64,000 nt of DNA from a virus (taxonomy: Duplodnaviria; Caudoviricetes), in IMG/VR virus record IMGVR_UViG_2728369134_000004, positions 15,310 through 79,309 of that record, one strand, 5' to 3'. The notes beneath the pieces were generated by a model. The model was not told where the DNA came from. It saw only the letters and a list, made by a program, of their open reading frames with translations, and made no database searches. A program made the translations under genes and the position numbers. Position 1 is the first letter of the stretch, and the number at the start of each line of letters is the position of its first letter. Positions 57,790 through 64,000 of the stretch are shown in pieces.

Positions 57790-58717
57790 CGGAACCACCT
57801 CCATCATCATTAACCGCACCTATTAAAGCATCCAGTAATGAAGTATCTTTCGTTTGACCACGTAACTTCTTAGCACGTAATTTAGTAAATTCAGTATCTG
57901 CCTTAACTTTCTCGACCTGCACCTTTTGCATTTCTTGGTTCATTCTGTGGCGCTCTTTCTCAATTTGCTTTTTGAAGTTGTCAGGAACTAAATCGAAGTA
58001 CTGAGATAATTTGTCTAGAGCCTTCATTTTGTCCGCGAGTTTAACTGACACACCGTCCTTACCTTGTTTCACCTCAGTAATTATGGAACCGTCAACGGTA
58101 TCAGCTTCATGTAAATCTACATAATTGACGATACGGGTTATTTCTTTCCCTGATTCATCTTTCATAGGACCATAAAGTCCCATAACAGGCACTTCCTTCT
58201 GACCAAAAGTCACATAGTTAGTAATATCAGCAAAGGCAATCTTAATGTACTCTTTCAACACATCCATCGCTTCTACAAATACATTTTCAACTAACTCACC
58301 TTTAAGCTCTTTTATATAGGAAGAAACTCGTTCACGCCTTAGCAATCGACTTGCCTGCACATGAGCTCCATCTTTGGAATATCCTGCTTTCAATGCAGCT
58401 TGTGTACCATTGAAGTATTTCACGTAATACAAACAAAAGAGCCGTTCCTTTTCGGTCAGCTCTTCATCTTCTAAAATTTCTTTTAGTTTTTCTTTCGTTT
58501 TGGGATTTTTAACATTAGTAACGCTCCTTTTCGCAATAGTAACGTTACCATTCATTTGCTCATCCCATTTATCTTGTGATTTCCACTTTCTAATTTGCGA
58601 AGGCTTGAGGTTTAACTTAGCTGCAATATCAATAAGTGGCTTCTCACCTTTACTTGCTTTATATATTTCAAATGCTTTGTCACGATCTGGGCTTCGTTGC
58701 CTAGCCATATTCACCAC
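57776..58717 (-). CDS. terS: Terminase small subunit B
   Basis: RQRSPDRDKA HTH; LTEKERLFC...NGTQAALKAGYS; DKMKAL. Confidence 0.92.
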   Translation of the reverse strand: MVNMARQRSPDRDKAFEIYKASKGEKPLIDIAAKLNLKPSQIRKWKSQDKWDEQMNGNVTIAKRSVTNVKNPKTKEKLKEILEDEELTEKERLFCLYYVKYFNGTQAALKAGYSKDGAHVQASRLLRRERVSSYIKELKGELVENVFVEAMDVLKEYIKIAFADITNYVTFGQKEVPVMGLYGPMKDESGKEITRIVNYVDLHEADTVDGSIITEVKQGKDGVSVKLADKMKALDKLSQYFDLVPDNFKKQIEKERHRMNQEMQKVQVEKVKADTEFTKLRAKKLRGQTKDTSLLDALIGAVNDDGGGSDSSD

Positions 58718-58741
58718 CTCGCGGTAATCACTAATTTATTC

Positions 58742-58850
58742 TTGAAATTCTCAAAAACTCGATGTATTATATTTTTGTATTTTCTCAGTTCCCAAGCCGA
58801 GAATACATCATCACTTATGAAAGGACCCGAACTCCAGCGGGTTCTTTTTG
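58742..58850 (+). ncRNA. Putative sRNA unit upstream of terS
   Basis: TTGAAA-N17-TATTAT; internal hairpin; GGACCCG/CGGGTTC terminator plus T5. Confidence 0.5.
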
Positions 58851-58927
58851 CAAAATAAAAAAACATCCATTATATGAATGCTTCATGTTATTATGATAAA
58901 GCTGTATTAATTCAGATTGATATGTAG

Positions 58928-59116
58928 GTGAAACTAATGGAGAATAAACAACCTGAACAAAAGTACGATCTAAGTAAGATATACACATACACAGAACTTC
59001 CAGATAAAATCAGCGGCCGTTGTGACAATTGTGGAAATACCGCATTCAAAAGTTCCGTTAAAGATTTCATCTATTTAAGAGAATGCCGTAAATGCGGCAT
59101 GAAGAAAAGTATCTAG
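58928..59116 (+). CDS. Small Zn-ribbon protein (moron-like)
   Basis: CDNC...CRKC; own terminator. Confidence 0.65.
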   Translation: MKLMENKQPEQKYDLSKIYTYTELPDKISGRCDNCGNTAFKSSVKDFIYLRECRKCGMKKSI

Positions 59117-59166
59117 CCCAGGTAGGGCTTTTTTCTTTATAAAATAAAAAGCAGCGGATTCGCTAC

Positions 59167-59388
59167 TTATTCGACAATAAGATTCCCGTCTTCTATTGAT
59201 GGATCTATATTTATTTTCAACCCTAAGAATGTATAATCAACGTTCTCTCTATTAGGGAACATTTCTTTATCCTTAGCTTCTAAATAATCATAATCATTTT
59301 TGCTCATATTGATTCGCTCAGGTTCTCTTTTGTTTTCTTCAATGTATTTTTCGACTAAACTTTGTCCCAGTTCAATAAGATGTTTCAT
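59167..59388 (-). CDS. Hypothetical protein
   Basis: GGAGG RBS. Confidence 0.55.
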   Translation of the reverse strand: MKHLIELGQSLVEKYIEENKREPERINMSKNDYDYLEAKDKEMFPNRENVDYTFLGLKINIDPSIEDGNLIVE

Positions 59389-59494
59389 ATTGTCATCCTC
59401 CTTTTCTTCCAGAATAACACAAAAATAATCTTATTTTAAGAAAATCCATAAAGAAAACTAATTTATGCAGGGAAATTAAATATTTATACAAATG

Positions 59495-59522
59495 ACTAGC
59501 GATAATGTATCTTATGTAAACA
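59495..59522. other. dif-like Xer recombination site
   Basis: ACTAGCGATAA-TGTATC-TTATGTAAACA, 11-6-11 layout with a Bacillus XerD-type arm. Confidence 0.7.
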
Positions 59523-59741
59523 AGCTTTTCGGGAAATATGCCGTCATATCAACGTTTGTGGCACTTTCGAGTACTTCCACCCGCAATATCTTTTATGCAC
59601 TGTTGATTTTACGCTATTTCTACCTTAAAACCGCCGTTATTCCCTGCATAAACTTCACTTTGTTAACTAACTGCATTTTCCATCAGAAATACTACACTTT
59701 TACTACTTTATATTCGAACAAAACTATAGGGAGGTTTTTCT

Positions 59742-59867
59742 ATGAAAATTAAAAAGACAAAATTAGAAAACGGAACGATCACTTCAGAATGGGAATTTGA
59801 TATTGTCGGTTGCATCTACGCTATCGCCAATTTAATCCAAGTCCTCCACCTAGCAGGAATCATTTGA
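59742..59867 (+). CDS. Small protein (41 aa)
   Basis: GGAGG RBS; MKIKKTKLENGTITSEWEFDIVGCIYAIANLIQVLHLAGII. Confidence 0.5.
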   Translation: MKIKKTKLENGTITSEWEFDIVGCIYAIANLIQVLHLAGII

Positions 59868-59904
59868 TTCTTGCTTTTCTCGTTCGTTGTGTTCGTTTGT
59901 TTTG

Positions 59905-60082
59905 TTAGTTTTTAAAGAAACACCATGTAACGAAAGAAAAGAAGAAAGTTGCACAAACAATTCCCGTTACTGTAATAATAGTTAAATCATTCATCGCCTC
60001 ACCCCTTATCTTTCTTTAACAACAAACAAGACGCCACCCAGATCACGGCAGCGCCTACGATAATTACTATTGGTTTAATCAT
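59905..60082 (-). CDS. Two tandem single-TM mini-proteins (59999-60082, 27 aa; 59905-59994, 29 aa)
   Basis: MIKPIVIIVGAAVIWVASCLLLKKDKG and MNDLTIITVTGIVCATFFFSFVTWCFFKN, closely coupled. Confidence 0.5.
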
Positions 60083-60309
60083 TGAATTACTTTAAAACAG
60101 TCATGGACAGTTAGTTTTCCAAACTGATCGTACTCAGCTGCTACTGTTTCACCACAAATAAATTCCCATGTATCATCATTTAACTTAACATCATATTGCT
60201 CACCTTCACGGAATTCCTGAAGTAATACCTTACCTGTGTGATCATATATACTAAAATCCTCAGTTACTTCTACTTTCATTTCTTTCTTCATCATTATCCT
60301 CCTAATCAA
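60079..60309 (-). CDS. Hypothetical protein
   Basis: GGAGG RBS before MMKKE. Confidence 0.6.
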   Translation of the reverse strand: MIRRIMMKKEMKVEVTEDFSIYDHTGKVLLQEFREGEQYDVKLNDDTWEFICGETVAAEYDQFGKLTVHDCFKVIQ

Positions 60310-60422
60310 ATATCCATCCTATTCAGATTCACGTTTAATGTGTAATTTCTATATAGTAAAGAATTTTATTCTCTCTAAACTAGGAACTAACATAATTGGA
60401 TAATCCCTAGTTTACAAAGAAC

Positions 60423-61395
60423 AAAAAAGCCATCACCGAAGTGACAGCTCTTTTACGGCTTATAAAAATATTAAAGGGGATGGGAGAAATTCACGTTCGT
60501 ACATAAGGGGATATGTTCATGTGAATTCAAGGTCAAGATTACTCTCAACCTTCTCCAAGCCACCGCATCGACTAGTATGGCTACACGCCCTGTGTTCAGT
60601 GACTGGGAGAAGAGCAAGAGCTTCCTATATCTCTTTCAGCACTCATACGTTGCTTCTCTTCTCGTTTATACTCCGTAGAGTCGGAATGATTCGTTGCTCG
60701 AGTCGAGTCATCCCTGTTTGATCAATCTGCGCTCAGTTGCGCCGGGGAGCGAGTCCCAAAATAAATGAAGGTATCCATAACCTCTTTCAACATACAGTTT
60801 CCTATATGCTCAAAGAGAGCTAGGGACTCTCTTATAAAGGATTTTTAATTTATATCAAGACGTATGTGTTTCTTCCGACGCCTTGTTTGAACCAGCACAT
60901 GCATTAGACGGAGGGGACCGTTCAGTTGTACTAGCTCAAACAAAGAGCGGAAGCTCTCTGCCTAACGAAAGATGTGAGTAATTCGTTAAAAGTGTAAATC
61001 ATGTCGTCCGAACCGGTGAAGTGAAGCCTATTTTAATATTTGTTTTCTTTCCATAAACGCGATGTTCATTTAATCATAAATAAACCACCCCATTCCATTT
61101 CCAGAAACAAATAACAGAGAGTAATAGACTTATATTCACTATCAACCCAGAGGACGCATCTGAGTTGAATACTAAATATAATAGAAACAGCATGACGAAT
61201 GCGAGTTATCTCACACTCGCCACGCTGGAATATGTCATTGTTATACATTCATTGGTCTTTTCGTCTTAACGCGGGTTCTTACCGCCTTGCCCGCCCTATT
61301 ATGCGGTATACGTTACCGTGACATTCTCGCATAAGAACGTTTCACTGATAGGTGTACTAATCCTCTTCGATATGCGGTTGTCAAAGAGCTTGTAC
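60423..61395 (-). ncRNA. ~1 kb structured non-coding late leader / RNA cluster
   Basis: Many hairpins that pair better on the minus strand (G-U pairs, GAAA loop); boxA-like 5' end; terminator at 60423-60454. Confidence 0.65.
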
Positions 61396-61471
61396 ATATA
61401 ATTTATCGTTTTTCCCATTTGCAAAAACTCCCCAAAAAATATGCTATTTCTCTGCGTTTTCTCTGCCATTT

Positions 61472-61843
61472 TCAAATGATTCCTAATGTAGTAGCGATCA
61501 GTTTAATTGCACTTTTCTTCTTCTCATAAAAGTATGAGTTCTTCATCATCAGTTCGTTTTGTACGAATGAATCTTTAACTGGCTTATTATCTAAGAACTT
61601 CATAGTAATAATGTTTCTTTCGTCTTCATCCAGAATGTTATTTAACGCTTTTTCAATTTGTTGTACCTTCATCCTACTCGTTACCCTTGAATCACGTAAT
61701 TCAGGGAATAAACTGATTCCTTCTTGCTCCACTTCATTACTAAACCGCATCTTAAGCGCTCTATATTCTTTTAAAATACTTACTACTTCCTTTTGTACTT
61801 TCTTATCATCGATAGCCGGTAATAATGTTAATTGTCTCTCCAT
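61472..61843 (-). CDS. ArpU-family late transcriptional activator B
   Basis: LDEDERNIITMKFL...FYEKKKSAIKLIATTL. Confidence 0.88.
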   Translation of the reverse strand: MERQLTLLPAIDDKKVQKEVVSILKEYRALKMRFSNEVEQEGISLFPELRDSRVTSRMKVQQIEKALNNILDEDERNIITMKFLDNKPVKDSFVQNELMMKNSYFYEKKKSAIKLIATTLGII

Positions 61844-61982
61844 GAAGGAATCCCCCTATTTCTGAATTTGTTTTTTAACATCACGTAAGGTACGTGAAAT
61901 TTTACTATCTCTTTGTTGAATAAGGGAAACATGCTTAGTAAAGTAGCCCCCACCAATCTACTCTGCATGGTTCCATTATTCA

Positions 61983-62174
61983 TTAAGCTGTTGTCTTCCT
62001 ATAAAACGCCGCTATACGTTTCTCTTCATCGTGAATTCTCCATCCGTTGTCTAAATGATTCATTAGCTCCTTGTACGTAAATACATCGAAATTCCATACA
62101 CGTTGTTTATCTCCAAAACCATCTTCATTACGGTGCAACATGAACTCTCTTGTACCTTTGTATTTTGGAATCAT
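61983..62174 (-). CDS. Hypothetical protein
   Basis: RBS; operon packing. Confidence 0.55.
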   Translation of the reverse strand: MIPKYKGTREFMLHRNEDGFGDKQRVWNFDVFTYKELMNHLDNGWRIHDEEKRIAAFYRKTTA

Positions 62175-62188
62175 CTACTCAGCTCCCT

Positions 62189-62575
62189 TTATTTTCTTAC
62201 CCAACCTTTCTGCTTGTCCTTCATAACAACAACTAACTCCTGTTTATAGCGATATTCGAACATTTTCTTCATATACGGAAAGCGATCATTAGCATAGCCT
62301 TTAACATCAATTACTTCCTGTGTTCCATCCTTATAAGTAACAAGGAAATCAGCTGTAAATTTCCAATCTCTGCGCTTCTTTCGCTTGCCATCTCGTGTAG
62401 TAATATAAAACCCTTCAAGGAGCATATACTGAGGTTGCAGTTCAATTTCGACAACCTCAGGATTACTCTTTAGGAATAGGTAATACTCCGCTTCTGTTTT
62501 ACTATCAAACTCAATTCCTAGTGCGACTGTTTTTCTACTATTAATACGGCCTGTCTTCTTTTTACGTTTGAACAA
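62189..62575 (-). CDS. DUF1064 PD-(D/E)xK nuclease-like protein
   Basis: GIEFDSKTEAEYY, ELQP, TADF, IDVKG. Confidence 0.88.
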   Translation of the reverse strand: MFKRKKKTGRINSRKTVALGIEFDSKTEAEYYLFLKSNPEVVEIELQPQYMLLEGFYITTRDGKRKKRRDWKFTADFLVTYKDGTQEVIDVKGYANDRFPYMKKMFEYRYKQELVVVMKDKQKGWVRK

Positions 62576-62591
62576 CTTATATCCTCACTTT

Positions 62592-62765
62592 CTATTCCAT
62601 TTGTTCTTTACACTCTTCAAGGAAATCAATAACTTCCTGCACATGCTCCCTTGTTGTCATACTCTCCATCACGTATCCTGCATCGTTATAAACATTAACC
62701 TTATCCCCTGTAAACTCCATCCCGCACATTCCGTCTGCACCTAATAGCTTTACGTTACCTTCCAT
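62592..62765 (-). CDS. Small hypothetical protein (57 aa)
   Basis: MEGNVKLLGADGMCGMEF...; GAGG RBS directly after a boundary motif. Confidence 0.6.
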   Translation of the reverse strand: MEGNVKLLGADGMCGMEFTGDKVNVYNDAGYVMESMTTREHVQEVIDFLEECKEQME

Positions 62766-62892
62766 TCTTTTAACCTCGCTTTCTATTCAAAGGATTATTT
62801 TGTTTAAATCTTCCTTAAATCTTATTGTTACTCCTTAACACACAAACGAATTCCTGTATAATACAATTTAGTAATTAATAGGAGTGTTAAAT

Positions 62893-63057
62893 ATGCCTGA
62901 TACATTAAGAATCATTATTTATATCATTGTAGTAGTTGGTGCATTTGCTACTTTGATCAAAGAGTTTAAAAAACCTCAAAAAAGTATCTTTTTGATTTTG
63001 TTCAATTTGTTAATTCTCATAGGATTTACATATTTACTAACAGATAAGTTGATGTAA
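62893..63057 (+). CDS. Small two-TM protein (54 aa, antisense moron)
   Basis: AGGAGTG RBS; MPDTLRIIIYIIVVVGAFATLIKEFKKPQKSIFLILFNLLILIGFTYLLTDKLM. Confidence 0.6.
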   Translation: MPDTLRIIIYIIVVVGAFATLIKEFKKPQKSIFLILFNLLILIGFTYLLTDKLM

Positions 63058-63087
63058 TTTACATAGTAAATAATCTCTTCCTCCCCT

Positions 63088-63200
63088 GAATAAAACTCAA
63101 TATTCCGTCCATACTGTGAATGGAGGAATTTTTATATACCCATTAATTCCTCCCTTTCTTTAAGGGTTGGACAGTTAGTTTCCGCTAACTGTCCTTTATT
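63088..63200 (+). ncRNA. Putative sRNA B1 (sigma-G-type promoter)
   Basis: GAATA-N17-CATACTG; UUCCUCCCUUUCUUUA; GGACAGTTAG/CTAACTGTCC terminator. Confidence 0.6.
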
Positions 63201-63306
63201 ACCATAACTTTGTGCATACTACTTATAAGCTGCTTTCTTAACAGTGTTGGCAGCCCGGAACCTTTTGTCAAAATGGAGCGGTCAGCTTTTGCCGGCTGCT
63301 CTTTTA
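63196..63306 (+). ncRNA. Putative sRNA B2
   Basis: TTATT-N14-CATACTA; CUUUCUUAAC; GAGCGGTCAGC/GCCGGCTGCTC terminator. Confidence 0.55.
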
Positions 63307-63531
63307 TCGTTTTGGATGACCACATGCTTCTGTATAACTCCAATAACTTTTACAATCAGTTGAATTAGGTGTCATTTTGAAGTCTGCTAAGTCTTCCGAT
63401 GTACACTCTCTAGAAGTAGGACGACTTGGAGAATACATATTCCAGTAACATTCTGTACAACTACAAGTTAAATCTTGATTCCCTTGCACTTCGGCCACTT
63501 TTTAAAAAAATGCTTCAAATTCATCGATCAT
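63304..63531 (-). pseudogene. Cys-rich small gene with an in-frame stop at codon 10
   Basis: GGAGG RBS precedes MIDEFEAFF*K, in frame with ORF 63304-63498. Confidence 0.45.
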
Positions 63532-63545
63532 ATACATTCCTCCTT

Positions 63546-63652
63546 GAATAAATCCTCAAACATTGTCCATACTATAAATACATTTAATTATTGAACTTCC
63601 TTCTTAACGTTTTTCTGGAGAGCAGTTAGCTTTTGCTAGCTGCTCTTTTTTC
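63546..63652 (+). ncRNA. Putative sRNA B3 (sigma-G consensus promoter)
   Basis: GAATA-N17-CATACTA; CUUCCUUCUUAAC; GAGCAGTTAGC/GCTAGCTGCTC plus T6. Confidence 0.65.
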
Positions 63653-63676
63653 AAATACTAATTAATTAACACAAGC

Positions 63677-63768
63677 GCATTTCAGACAAACTTCGTATGA
63701 TATGATGTATTCCTTTCTTTTAGAAAATGAAACTCGTCATGGGAGCACTTTTATGAAGTGCTCTTTTT
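63677..63768 (+). ncRNA. Putative sRNA B4
   Basis: GCATT-N14-TATGATA; UUCCUUUCUUUUAG; GAGCACTT/AAGTGCTC plus T5. Confidence 0.55.
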
Positions 63769-63802
63769 GGCTTTTAAACTAATACAAAATGAAATTTTTA
63801 TA

Positions 63803-64000
63803 TTAATTACTTTCATCCCTCATAACCCAATTCAATCTCATTACTACTTGGTCCAAAATTCCTATTTGTTTATTAACACCATCACGATATTCCTCACTAT
63901 GAATTCTTGAAAAGCCATTTTGGATCCGTTTTAAACCTGATTTTCTACGTTCTAAATCAGTAATAAGCTGTTTAACTTCTTCAGATTTCAAACTGCACAT
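63803..64000 (-). CDS. Hypothetical phage protein (at the window edge)
   Basis: ORF track; stop abuts a boundary motif. Confidence 0.55.
   Translation of the reverse strand: MCSLKSEEVKQLITDLERRKSGLKRIQNGFSRIHSEEYRDGVNKQIGILDQVVMRLNWVMRDESN

Noticed and set aside
60423-61395. tRNA genes or a self-splicing intron in the long leader; ORFs 60521-60721 and 61066-61248
   Set aside because: No cloverleaf with a GTTC T-loop or intron core recognised by eye; the ORFs lack RBSs and overlap hairpins

Overview
AT-rich Bacillus cereus-group phage DNA with no host genes. Almost all genes are on the minus strand, and the window holds two unrelated siphophage virion modules head-to-tail. Module A (1-~29.4 kb) has an HK97-type capsid/portal/terminase, a Wbeta/Gamma-type cos, DnaD/DnaC replication, a CI/Cro switch and an arbitrium locus (aimR, an unannotated aimP, a candidate aimX). 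Module B (~36.6-64 kb) has A118/SPP1-like head and tail genes, a frameshifted terL, a tyrosine recombinase and the lysis genes. Between them is a plasmid maintenance block (Rep with a predicted antisense RNA, ParM/ParR, an Hfq homolog), so this looks like a phage-plasmid or a cointegrate of two. The most striking unexplained structure is non-coding. (i) Both accessory regions carry arrays of 60-110 nt antisense units made of a sporulation-sigma-like promoter, a short RNA and a terminator; four of them form a paralogous family. (ii) A recurrent 18-bp motif sits precisely at gene/cassette boundaries and upstream of the recombinase, in an integron-like layout. (iii) A ~1 kb structured late leader has a boxA-like site and anti-Shine-Dalgarno loops. 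Also present: a Tn4430-like MITE interrupting a membrane gene, a dif-like site, and four tandem genes built from 13 mini-HTH repeats. All calls come from reading the sequence by eye; nothing was searched or folded computationally.
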